A stretch of 64,000 nt of DNA from Bilabrum cf. latius (taxonomy: Eukaryota): the NCBI GenBank assembly GCA_965178125.1, contig OZ237767.1:496001-560000 (forward strand). Direction: 5' to 3'. Shown here one piece after another: positions 1 to 11,931 of the stretch (position 1 is the stretch's first letter; every line of letters begins with the position of its first letter). Both the position numbers and the translations under genes were made by a program. The notes below the pieces were generated by a model. The model had not been told where the DNA came from, did no database searches, and saw only the letters and a list, made by a program, of their open reading frames with translations.

Positions 1-1999
1 GCTCAACGGCTCTAGCATAATCCCGCTGCAGCGTGTGCAGCTCGCTCGACCCCGCCCTGTCCCGCTGCATCGCCTGCTGCTCCAGCTGGCTGCACCTTTC
101 CTGCAGCAGGTGTGCGTCGCGCCTCCACTGCGAGATCTCGGCCTCGAGACGCGCCCGGTTCTGCTGCCCCGTCGCGAGCGAGCGCTTGCTCTGCAACAAC
201 TCTGACGTCACGCGTGCCGCCTCCTGCCTCGCGAGCCTTGCCTGCTCTCGGGCGCTGGCGAGCGCCCGCTCCAGCTCCCGCACGTGTGCCGTGGATGCAG
301 TGGATGACCCGGAGTCGGATCTCCTGACCGCGGGCGCGCTGGTCGCGCTCCTCATCTCCTCCAGCTCCGCTTGCAGCCGGGCCGATTGTTCCCTGACCAA
401 GTCCATCCTGGGTTGGATCTCGTCCAGCTCTCGCTACAGGGTGAGGCTGCCTGCCTCCGAGGTAGACAGCTCCTGCTGGGCCTGCTTGAGCTGCTTGCGG
501 ATCTCTTTGAGCTCCTGCTGGGCCGCCTTTTCCTTGTCCTTGGTCTTGCCAATGGCTTGCTCGACCTTCTTGAGCTTCTTCCTGGTCTTCTTGAGTTCCT
601 CCTTGTCCTGCTCCGCGCTCGACACGAGGTCTCTCATCCGGATGAACTGCGCCTCGGAGCGCCGGAGCTTGGCCTCCGCCTGCTCCGCCCGCTTGGCGGA
701 GTCATCCAGCTTCGCCTGCTTCCTCCGTAGCACGCGCAGCTCCTCCTTCGCCTCTTGCAGAGAATCTTCCGCCTGCCGAGCGCGCCTCACCGCCGCCCGT
801 TTGTCTGCCAGCGCCTTCTCATGCTTCCTCGCGGCCTCCCTAGCCCGCTCGTTGGCTACCTGTCTGGAGTGCTCGGCGTCGTCTAGCACGCTGTTCACCT
901 GCATCTGCATCGCGTACATGTCTCCCGGCATTGCCCCAGACATGTCAGAGTACCCCTGCGGAGACTCATCTTCCTCCGTATCGGACCCGTCGTTTTCCTC
1001 TTCTTCTGCTCCGTCATCTTCCCGAGCCTAGAGCTCATCTTCCAAGAGACCACTGGGTTGCGCTCCTGTCCCTTCGCTCCCCTGGCCCCCTCCCCCTTGC
1101 CCTCCCCGTGCCTCGCCGCCAACAAACACCGCCTCCCTTGCAGATGCCTCGATGGCCGCCTGCAGCTCGTCACCCCACCCCACGTCCTCGTCGCCATCGC
1201 CCTCGCCCCCCGCCCCCCAGTGGGCTTGGCTTGGGCTGCCGTCGCTCTCGCCCCTCCCGTGCAGCATCGGCTGCTGCAGCGAGTACGATTCGTCCTCCTC
1301 TTCGTACTCGTCATCCTCCACGTCATGCAGCTGACCGATGGACGGGGCCTACACCCCCTGGCCCCCCACGTCCGCGATCACGTCGTCCCACAGTGAGTCG
1401 AACCGGCCTGGGCTCGCGGAGGCCAGCCCTGCCTCGCCTGTCCGCGAGCTTGCGCCCGCACCCGCCCCAGTGCCCGCCCCGCTGGCCGGCAGCGGAGGTG
1501 TCACTCCCCTCTCGCTTCCCCCGGCAGTGCTGGGGGTAGCCACTCTGGTCCCACCCTCCGGATCCTCGGCCCCAGGCTGGTGCTGCTCATGGCTCGGGAG
1601 TGGCTGGGGCTAGGGCCCGGCAAGAGGACGCTCGTCGCTGCTGGCCTCCGGGGTGGCGGGTGAACCCGCGGCCTGGGCGGGTTCGCGCGCTCGAGAGTGT
1701 TGCTCAATATGCGAGCTAGATACTGGCCGCTCGGAGTGGCTTGGTGGCTCTTCGTTCTCCGCACCGGCAGCCCCGGCGCACTGGGCAAGTGCTCGCGCCC
1801 CAGATGACTCCAATCGGCCCTGCGCTCCACCACCGTCGCCATCCACCGCATTGCTAGAATTTTCTTGTGCGTCATGCTCTGGATTGGGCTGGAGCCATGC
1901 GGACGGGTCTACCACCCCGTGGTCTTCCAAGTCTGAACCATCGGAACCCGAATCAGCGAACGAGTTGTCTTCATACAAGTCGTCGTCGCTCGCAGACAT
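1..1999 (-). CDS. Coiled-coil protein with acidic low-complexity N-terminus; 3' end runs off the window; 4 in-frame TAGs read as sense
   Basis: ORFs 1610-2014, 1349-1543, 1028-1321 and 434-943 share one frame and are separated only by TAG (1610, 1349, 1028, 434). ATG at 1999. The E/K/R/Q-rich heptad sequence continues past TAG 434 (SLTL*RELDEIQPRMDLVREQSARLQAELEEMR) to the window edge. Confidence 0.85.
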
Positions 2000-2490
2000 T
2001 CTAGAACACTGCACCGAAATTCTCGAGTGATCGCAAAATTTAGGGCAGAAGCCTAGAATTCATTCAAGAATAGCGAGCCCTGGCCCGGGGTGCCACAGAC
2101 GGAACAAGGAGGGCGTGCGCTTGCAACCTAGCTGGCGCAGCCAATACAAGCCCTCTACCGTTATCCGAGTCAAACGATAGCTCAAATGTACTGACCAATA
2201 GCTTGATGCGCTTGTAGTACACCCGATTCAGATTCTGTTGATGGGTGTAATTCAAACTTTTGCGAGCGGATCGACCGGCGAGCCGTGTGCATGACCATGC
2301 ACTGCACACTCGCGTGAGCTCCAGCATGCAGCAGCAAGCCTGCCCAAGGCGTGATTACCGTCGTAGATCCGGATTCCACACTATGCAGATGGCGAGTGCA
2401 ACGCTGCATCTAGACCAGGCTGTCATTTAAACCCACGCGAACCAAACATGCACATCGAAACACACGCACCCCCCAACACCTTCTCATCCA

Positions 2491-4133
2491 TCACGAGTTG
2501 GTGCGGTCCTTGGATCCGGAGCGAGACGAGGCGCCGGCACCCGCCTCTGCCTCGCTCACTGCGTCACTGCCTGTGGCGCTGGCAGGCACAGCCCCGCCCG
2601 ATCCCATGCCCCCTGACGCCATCACGGAGCCGGCGGTCTTCGAGTCGAGACGAGGCGGCTGCTCTGCTGCAGGCTCCTGGCGGGCACTGGGCGCAGCCGA
2701 CCTGCCGGCACCGCCCTTCAATTCCCCCTCCAATTCCCCTGCCGCAGCTGACAGTGTCCCGTCCCGCGAGGCCGCTGCCGGCGTCGCAGCGGTGGCCGGA
2801 TCCAGCTAACCGCCGACTGGCTCCGATGCCGTCCTCGGGCCCGCCCCTTCCCCTTCCCCTGCTCCTGCTCCTGCTCCTGCCCAGCGACCGGCCCTACTCT
2901 CCGCCCTGACCCTCTCCGCCTACTTGAGCACCCTGTCCTCTGCCTTCCTCCTGCCAGCGGCCTCCTTCGCCTCCTAGCCCTCTCTCCTCCTTCGTGCCCC
3001 CGCCTCTCTCCTGTACCGCCCGATGTAGTCGTCCTCGGTTCGAGTCGGCAGCACGTCCTCGGGGTATTCTGCCCTCAGGCGGGCAGTGGGGAGGTAGCCC
3101 GCCCCTGGGATGAAGTGGCTGAACACCTGCTCCACCATGGGGTGCAGTACCGGCATGCTCGCCTCGACCGGCTCCACATTGTCCTCCGCCACGTAGGTGA
3201 TGCTGGATTCCATGGGGCGCTCGTTCAAATCAGCCAGGCAGTGGTAGAACGGTTGGGAGCGGCCGCGGGGGAGATGATCCACACCCATTGCTTTCACCTG
3301 CAGAGATGGAAACTGGTGAAATTGTCAACCACGGGACAAGATCTATGCACAAGCTCCTATGCTGGGTTCAACCGGCGATTGCGTCACGATGCATTTGCAC
3401 AGCACAAACCGTGCCACGCAGCCACTGGTCGATGGGGGGGCAAGCCGAAATGTAAATAATGTGCATTGCTGCACCCGGGCGCCAGATTGGCTCGTATGTT
3501 GCATCATCCTGGCACTATTCACGAGAAAGGCAATAAAACGGCCCCAACGGCAACTGCAGCTCAACGGAGCGGCGTAGGAGTCCCGCGCAACCCCATTGGT
3601 TCCACGATCAAATCATAATACTTAGTTTTATTGCTCCTCTACCTTGACACAAGTCCAGGAAGATCCCAAGAGCACCATTCAATCGGATCAATCAGCAACG
3701 CAAGTACGCATCAGCTCACCCACTCTTCCGGCATCTTGCAAGCTTTGTGCCAGCCAAAAATCACAAACTTGTAATCATATTTCTTATGACGACAAATCTG
3801 TCCTATGTTGAAGGCAGCATCGTTAGCACGGCCCATAAATGACACTGACTGGAGCCTATCAATTCGCTCTCGAGCCAGCCGAGTGGCGTCGAAAGCCTGG
3901 TCTAAAGCTTTTTGCGCGTCTTCCCCCTTGTAGTTTCGAAATGCTTTGAAATGAGATCGCACGGCATCCGTCAACGTTGCGCCTTCAGGCATGCCAAGCG
4001 GTAGGTAGAAGCGGGCCAATTCTTGAGTTAGTGGCTGCTGCCTTTTTAAGGCTACCTGTTCGAGTTGCCTAGCTGCCTTCAGCATTAGCATGTATGATTT
4101 ACGAGCTAATCGTCTGTGTGATGATGCCGCCAT
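2491..4133 (-). CDS. YccV-like (hemimethylated DNA-binding/HspQ/FBXO21-type) domain protein; exons 4133-3720 and 3297-2491
   Basis: A GTGAGC...CTGCAG intron (3719-3298) joins FNIGQICRHKKYDYKFVIFGW...PEEW to VKAMGVDHLPRGRSQPFYHCL...TYVAEDN...YPED, the YccV-domain pattern. The C-terminal tail crosses TAG at 2974, 2920 and 2806 and ends at TGA 2491. Confidence 0.85.
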
Positions 4134-4279
4134 TTTGACGGGATGCTTGTCCTCTAAGTGCTACAGAAAGTTTCGGAATTTAAGAAACCGAATATTGAGT
4201 GGCTGTTACGTGTAGTTTTAAACTAGGTTTCATTGCACTGTAGAGAGCCGCCCATCTCAACTTGCCCACAAACAGATCT
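4134..4279. promoter_or_regulatory. Probable bidirectional promoter between the YccV-domain gene and MED31
   Basis: 146-bp AT-richer spacer between divergent ATGs. Inferred from position only. Confidence 0.5.
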
Positions 4280-4627
4280 ATGGAGTCCCCAGAACGATCC
4301 ACAGCACGGTTTGAAATTGAGTTGGAGTTTGTGCAGGCCCTAGCAGCGCCTGAGTACTTGCATAGTCTCGCAATCAACGCGTATCTAGAGGATCCTAGGT
4401 TCATACGCTATTTGCAGTACTTGCGGGACACATGGTCACTCAGCGAGTCTCATAGTAAATACGTTGTATTCCCTGCTGCGCATATGATGCTTAAGCTCCT
4501 GCAGACTCCAGAGTTTAGAGAAGAATGTAAGGGCCCCGGCTTTATTGCTTACGCAAGGCAGCTGCTGGACTAGGCCTGGTCGACCTCCGAAGACCCAGCC
4601 TACAAGAAGAGAAAGATCGATTCGTGA
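4280..4627 (+). CDS. MED31: Mediator complex subunit 31 (SOH1)
   Basis: RFEIELEFVQALAAPEYLHSLA...YLEDPRFIRYLQYL...W...KYVVFP...LKLLQTPEFR is the MED31 signature. The frame continues through TAG 4571 (LLD*AWST...) to TGA 4625-4627. Confidence 0.92.
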
Positions 4628-5062
4628 TTGTTGTGATATAGGCGGTCCACTATGGATTACACGTCACGCCAGGTAGATGCCAATGGCCAAAGATGGGGAT
4701 TCATAGCTGCAGCTGCGCAAAGTGAACACTAAATACGGCGACTGGCGCCTTGACCGGAATAAACATGTGTTCGTGCTGCTCGTACCATGCACCTAGCCAT
4801 GCGCACCCCGGTGTACCATGCAGTGCAGTGCGTTGGCGACACTTTGTGAAGCGGCTACGGTGCGGCTGTGAGTACCCGTAGCAACGGCAAACGACTGTCG
4901 ATCCAGATAGAGAGTATTGAAGGCTCTGTTTCTTTGTGGACATAGCACATCTCTGGTTTGCGCACCCTGAGGCATTAAACAGGTGGACAGCTCGCGGGGA
5001 CTTGACGGACAAACTTAGACGTACACACGGAACAGCTGGTCGAGGTTCTGTTGACGGTGACT

Positions 5063-5171
5063 TCTGCATTCAAACATCACTCTTGCTCAGTGATCATTCA
5101 AAGACTTTCAATCATTCAAAGATGCGCACGGGTCAATCCTCCCCCCAGCCCGTTCCAAGGTCGCGGGTGTC
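5063..5171. repeat. Diverged ~110-bp direct repeat, copy A (copy B at 5997-6104)
   Basis: Both copies share tctgcattcaaaca...atcattcaaagatg[c/a]gcacgggtc[a/t]atcctcccccc[a/g]gcccgttcca[a/t]ggt[c/g]gcgggtgtc. Confidence 0.85.
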
Positions 5172-5680
5172 ACATCTCCTGCGAGATGCTGGCCATGTGG
5201 TAGCCCCTCCTGGCCAGACCTGCGAGCAGCGGCGGAGTGAACTCGCGCTCCCTGGAACGCAGCAGGTACAGGAGCTTGCAGGAGGGGTCGGGGTCGCCCG
5301 CAAGATCCGCCGCTTTGACCACAGGGAGGTGGTCGAACCCAAGCATCCCTTCCTCCGTGGAGAGGGCTCCGGTCACCGGATCTATTGCGACTGCTTCTGC
5401 TGCTGTGGCTTGGCACGCTGTCCTGGGCCCAGCCCCGCCCACCCCAGCAGACTCAGCGCCACCGCCAGCGCCAGAACCGCTGGCACCGCCCTCCTCGGCA
5501 GCAGCCGGTGCTCCGAGACTTGTCGGCTTGCTGGATGCCAAGGCTCCAGATGCGACGTCTGCTCCGACCGGGAGACCATGTGACGAGTGCGACAGGAGCC
5601 GTCCGATGGTGTCGATCAGAGGCTCAACGCAGGCAACCGGCGCCGCGAGATCACAGACGAGCAGCAAGGGAGCCTTAATT
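5170..5680 (-). CDS. C-terminal half of a putative METTL21/Methyltransf_16-like methyltransferase; 5' part not identified (fragment or pseudogene possible)
   Basis: LLLVCDLAAPVACVEPLIDTIGRLL...LLYLLRSREREF...LARRGYHMASI resembles the post-motif-II half of seven-beta-strand lysine methyltransferases. Ends at TGA 5170. No SAM-binding GxG motif was found upstream. Confidence 0.35.
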
Positions 5681-5996
5681 CGGATTTCGGATTGGTTTTG
5701 GGGCTGATGCACTTGCTGCAGGGGCGGGTGCTGCTGCGGTAGCTGGCGAGGGTGACGAGTGAGGCGCGCTTGACGAGGCAGCTGCTTCAATGGTTGCTGC
5801 TGCTGCTGCTGCGCTGGCCATGTCGTCCGATGGCAGGGTGGGGGGGGGGCTGCGGCAGACTTCCCTTGAAGCTTTGCCCTGCGAGTGGCAATGGAGCGGC
5901 TTGCCCCGGCCACTGCCCTCGCAGAGCGGCGGGAGGCCCTGAAGTGGGCGGGCGAGGAGGAGGCCTAAGCCGGAGCTCCGGCGGAGACTGCTGACG

Positions 5997-6104
5997 TCTG
6001 CATTCAAACACAAGGCTTGGTCATCCAAAGTTTTTTTGCATTTATCATTCAAAGATGAGCACGGGTCTATCCTCCCCCCGGCCCGTTCCATGGTGGCGGG
6101 TGTC
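5997..6104. repeat. Diverged ~110-bp direct repeat, copy B
   Basis: Aligns by eye to 5063-5171 with a ~60-bp core carrying few substitutions. Confidence 0.85.
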
Positions 6105-6176
6105 CCCATTCACACACCCTCGACCCCTTGATGTAGATACCCCCATATGTGGTGCCACCCTTGCGAGAAATCGTAA

Positions 6177-9100
6177 TCACTCGTCATACTCATCCCCTTC
6201 ATCCTCCTCCTCCTCCACGATCGCGTCCAGGAGGTCTTCCCCGGGAGACCCCAGCAGGTCCCGCATCGACCCCGAAGGCTCTAAGGGTGCAGGGGCAGGA
6301 GGGGCCTATGCCCCTCCGGAGCCCTGGCCCTGGCCCAAGGAGCCTTGCTGGTGGCCGCCGCTGCCGCTGCCGTTGCTGCTCGGTGGTGGTGCAGTTGGGG
6401 TCACGGGTTGGATATAAGGCTCCGGGTCATTTGGAGGCGGGCTCCCGAATCCGCTTTGCTCAGCCTGTCCCTGTCTCGCCCCGGCCTAGAGGCTGGCGCC
6501 TGAACCACCATGCGATGCGCCTGCACCTGCACTACTGGCGGCAGCTGCTGGTTGTTTCGGCGGCCCCGGCGGCTCAGCAGACAGCGATCCGATCTTTGGT
6601 CCGGCGCCTGTGCCTCGTTCTGCAACAGCGGTGGGCGGCCTGGGCGGCTGTCTGGCCGGTGGAGATGCGGGTGGAGGGGGCTGCAGTGCAGCTTGAGCAG
6701 CCCTGCTGGCAGCTGCTGCACCCGCTGCCTCCATCGCCCCCGGGCTGCCGGAGCCCTTGGGTCCGGAGCCGAAAAGGTCCGTCCACATGCCCGTTGGCCT
6801 CCTCTGTGTTGCCTTGGTGCCCCTGCCCGAAGGAGTCCTCTTGAGCACACCTGGGGGGCTGGGCCCAGGGGGGCTGTTCCCTGGTGTGCCAGGAGCCGCC
6901 CCCATGGTGGGGTCCAAGCCCTGTGGACTACCCCTGCTGGCCCCCGGGGTTAGGTGGGGAGACCCCGCGCGACCCCCGGGCGGGGCCAGGTCCAGCTGGA
7001 TGTGCGACCGGCTGTTGCTGCGGCGGATTACGCGCATGGCCGACATCCCCGAGAGGCCATCGCTCGCCATGGCAGGCACGGGGGGCTGGGACGAGGGCGA
7101 TGGAGCGGGGGCAGGGGCAGGGGCATTGGTGGGTGCGACGGGTTTGGCTGGCAGCTCCGAGTTGCCGGTGCCTGTGCCGCCCCCGCCCTCGCCCGCGCTA
7201 CGAGCCGCTTTCGCAGCAGCTGGCTGACCCGCGGAGGCAGACTGGTCCTTGAAGATCTCTCTGGCGGCAGGGGGCCTGGGAACTGGCCGCTGCGGCTCAC
7301 TATCGGTCTGTTCCTTCGAATGCTCCATGGGTTGTGGGTCCATGTGCGCTGGGGCTGGCACATGGGGAGGTTCACGAGGTTCCTGCGGCCTGGCTTGGGC
7401 CTGGGTCTGGGTCTCCGTCGGCGGGGCGTTGCCCTGCAGCGGTGACTCCTCCTCTTGCTTCTCCTTCTCTTGCACGGGAAAAGGCCTGGAGACGCCTTCT
7501 CCCATCGACCTGAACTCGTCTGCCGATGTACCCACGTTGCTTGCCCCGCCGAACAGCCGCCCGTCGTTCATTGCCACCATGGAATATCTGCTCTGCTTTT
7601 TACGCAGCGGAGGGCTGCCAGAGGCGACCGGGCTGCTGCTGCTGCCCGCATCGCTGCCTGCCCCTTGCCCTTGCCCTTGCTCCGGCTGCAGCACCTGCAG
7701 CGACTGCGGCCTTCTAGGGGACGGAGCGCCCCCCACGGCTGAGTCAGACCCGGTGACGGGAGGCAGCACAACGAAGGACGGCTGCCTGGTCTTGCGGAAT
7801 CCCTTGCTCCCCCCACTTCGCGCGGCCGCCGCCAGCTCCTCCAGCGAGGCGGAGGGCGTGCCGGGGGGAGATGGGGCCCGCCGAGCATCATCATTCAGCA
7901 TCGTAGGACCGGCGCTGGCCCGCCGTGGGGCAGCCGGTCGCATTGTTCTCCGCGGTGGGGGTGGGGGAGGGCCCCCCGACCTGGGCTTGCGTCCGCCCAG
8001 CTGGCCCCTCTTCTCGTACCTGAACTTGGAGACCGCCATGCTGGCCCTGCGCTGCTGCCGCTGTTCCCTGATGGCCTGCTCCTGTCTGAGCCTCACCAGC
8101 CTCTGCCTCGACTCGGGGTCCTCGGGGTTCTGCTGCTGCTTCCGGTGGAGTGCGTACTCCTCTGCGATGTAGCTCTGCTGGTCCTCCAGCTCTGCGACGG
8201 TGACCCGCCGCTTGCGGGGGATCTTATCGCCGCCGAAGGTTCGCTGGGGCTCGCTCTCGGAGGAGGCACCTGTCCCGCTGCTGTCTCCATGCGCCACCGG
8301 CATGGGCCTCTGCCTCACTTGTTCCCTGATCCTGCTGAGGGCGACCACGCTCCTGCGGCGGGCGCGCTCCTCGACCTCTTTCTGACCTGAGCCGTCCGAC
8401 TAGCGGTAGTGCGGGGTCATTCCGGTGAGGCTTGCCGCGGGCGGGGATGGGGCGGCGGGGCGGGCGCTGGGGATGGCAGTCGATGAGGTGGCCGCGAGAG
8501 GGGCGGGTGCAGGGGCCTAGGACTGGGCTTCGATGGCCCGGCTCGCGGCTTGGAAGGCTCCTGCAGGAGGAGGGGTCCCTGGCTTTCTAATGGAAGCGAC
8601 AGACTCAGACGCGGCCCGATCATCTGCAGCCCCCGCGGGAGGTGGGGTGCCTGGCTTGCCCTCCCCCACTGTTGTCCCGATACTCTGGCCACCCTGTGAT
8701 ACCTGCTTCGCTTGTTCCCTGGGCTGTTCCTCGGGAAAATCCCCCAGATCTCTTCTCCTCCTCTCGATCTCGGCTCTTAGTGCAGGTGGCAGTTCCTCGT
8801 CGTCCTCCACACCACCCGCCCCCTTGCCCATCGATACCCCGGCCGCAGCAGCAGCACCCAGCGCCTACCCGCCCGACCCGCCCCCGTTCTCCCCGGGAGG
8901 GGCACCCCTTCCATCGTACGACTTGAACCGCATGCCGGGCACCGCAGTCAGCCCGGCAGCGTGCGACCCATCCCCCTGCTTGGCGATGCCGTCCCTGGCA
9001 GGCGGTTCCCTGCCCCCGTGCGGCAGCTGTTCCCCGGCAATGACCTGCTTGGAGGTGTCTGCGGCCTTGCTGTCGCCCATCCACTCCCAGTCGACTACGG

Positions 9101-11900
9101 GGCTGAACACGAACCCGGATGGATCCACGATCGCGGCGCGAGCCAGCTGCTGCAGCCTGTATGCGTCGCGCCGGCGCCTCGTCTCGGGGTCCAAATCGGT
9201 GGACACGGCGGGGCCCAACCCACGGCGGGTTCCTTCCGCGGACGACGATGATTGGGGCGACCTCTGACCCAGTCCGGCGGGCCTGTCCAGCGGCGACATG
9301 GGTGTCGGTGAGGAAGAGGAAGAGGAATACAAGGTGTCCCCCGCACCTGTTCGCTTCTGGCTGTGCGCGGCTGCATCCATCCCTGCCCTCAGGCTGAATT
9401 GGGCCGAATCCGCGCCCCCCGCTCTGCCATCTCCCTCTCCCTCACCTTGTTCCCTGGCGTCATCCATCTCGCTCTGGTGCGCGATCACTGCCTGCTCCTG
9501 CGCGATCAGCGTGCGCTCCACCACGGACTACTCCGAGGGCTGCGGGGCCCGCGCTGCACCTACTGCTGCCCCCGCACCTTCCGTCAGCCCGGCAGCGCGA
9601 CCTGGTGCCATTCCGCCCCGTTCGATCATGGCGGGATCTTGCGGCACGGGCTGCAGCAGCTGCGCAAGCTTTCGTCGGATCCCATCCATGCTCACGCCAG
9701 ATCGCGTCCCCCTCCGCCGGTACTTTAGGAGATCCTGAATGATACCCTGCAGCTGCACAAGCCGCTTGGCGAGGAGAGCGTTCCGGCTCCTCGTGGCCTC
9801 CAGCTGGCGCACCTTCTCAGCCGCCTGCTGCCGCTGGTGCTCCGCCTGCTCCTGCGCCAGCCTCCTGGCCAGCTCACCTTTGGCCTCTAGCTGTGCCCTG
9901 GCGGGGGAACTGGGCGCGTTCGGCCCTGCAGATGATGCAAGCCCAGCCACGTCCCCCCCGACCCCGTCCACCCCTGCCTGCAGCTGCTCTCCCGCCACCC
10001 CGTGGGCCTTCTCCCACAGCATCGCTCGCAGCAGGGCGCGGTTGATGCGGCTGCTGGCGGGGCCCTCCGAACGCTTGAAGCGCCACACCATCGTCAAACG
10101 GAACATGGCGCCGCGCAATTTGCGCAGGCCGGAGCGAAGAACCTCCTGCCTGCGGGCAGCCAGCTCGGCTTGCTCCACGGTCGACGGGCGGGCCGGCCCC
10201 TGCCCCGGACCAGCACCAACCAGGCCATGCACATCGCTGACTCGCCGCTGCATCGCGGCGTTCCCACGCATGCGCACCCCCACCGAGTCGCTGTGTTCCA
10301 TCACGCCCGTGGCGTGCAGCATCACGCGCCCGTCTTCCACGCCCTTGACCCGAAGGATGCTCTCATCGCCCTGCCTCGGGTCCGGGCCCGCCACCATCGG
10401 AACACCCAGCTCCGCCTGACGGGCCTCCGCAGCGGCCGCCTCCTCCTCCGCCCGACGCATCGCCCTGACGGCAAGTTCCGCTTCCAGTGCGCGGCGCCTC
10501 TCCGCCTCCCCTGCGTAGTGCAGCTGCTGCCTGGTAGAGTCTAGGATCTGCTCCAGCATCGCGGCAGTTGTCTGCAGATCCGCGCTCCCTCCAGAGTCGC
10601 CGTTGGAGCCAGAAGACTACGATTCGCCACTCCCGGTGCGGTGAGCACCACCTCCCTCTGGCCCTTGCGGGGCAGATGCGCCAGACCCGTTTATCTGCTG
10701 CCCCTATCCAGCGCCAGCAGGGGACTACTCGTCAGACTGTGCACGATGTCCCCCCCTCTGCTTGCCAGCCTGCACCAGCTCCCGGAAGGTGGACGGCAGC
10801 AGCTTCTGAGGCAGGCTGTGCTTGCCACGCAGCAGCGTCATTGTCTAGCCGCGCCCCCTCATCCGGCCTTCAAGTCGCTGCGCCGCCCGCATGCCCGGGC
10901 TTGCCGGATCATCATCCGTCCCTTTCCCTTGTTTCCTAGCCTCCTCCTCTTTATTCTCGTCTGCTTTTTCTTTTGCTCTTTCTCCTTCGTCCTCGTCCTC
11001 GTCCTCGTCGCTGTCAGGGAACAGCTCCACGAAGGCTGCACGGCCGCTTTGCATCACACCGTCGGGATACCCGCCACCACCAGAGCCCACGCCGCCGCTG
11101 CTGCTGCTGCGATGCGCCCCGCCCGTCACACCAAAATCCCCGTTCGACGCTCCCAGTAGATCGCCCATGCCCCCGAAACCCCCCAGGGAAAGCCCCAGGG
11201 GCATCGTCCCCTCCGCGGGGGCGAAGGGCGAGGACAACAGCGCATCAGTAGCTGCTCTCGCATCCCTCTCTCCTGCCCCCGACAGGCTCCCGCCCAGCCC
11301 ATCATGCCCGCCCGTGCCTCCGTCTCCGCCTACACCCCAGTTCCCGCCCGGGTGAACAGTCACGCCGCGCCCGAGGTCGCCCTCCTGCAGTGCCCTGAAA
11401 AGCGGCCCTCCGATCTCCTCCTCTTCTTGGGCCCCCGCCGGGCCCCCGCCCCCGTTGTTCCCTCGATCCCCGGGAGAGGCCAGGCCCCGCGCCCTACGCC
11501 CCTCCGCCTCCAGCCGTGCCTTTGTCCCCTCATCTGCAGCCTTCAGCACGTCGTCGATCGAGGCGGTGCGCAGCGTCTGCAGCATCTGCACCAGTCGAGA
11601 GGCGTCGCCGTGCCCGCTCCGCAGCTTGGCCAGCAGCGACTCGGTCAGCTCGGCCGCCGACATGCTGGCCTGCTGCTGGACGTGCTCTGCCGCGGTTGGG
11701 GGCGGCCTGCGTCCATTCGGGCTGCTGCCAGCAGTAGGCTCGCTGACTCCATCCTTCCCCGCTCTATTCTTGCCCCGCCCTTGCTTGGAGCCTTGTTCCC
11801 CGGGGCCCCTGCCCTTGGCTCTGGGCTCTAGGCCCTGCGATGCAGCGAGAAGGACGCGCCACCCGGTGTTGGTGGAGACGGTGCTGCGGCGAGCCCTCCC

Positions 11901-11931
<31 letters not shown>

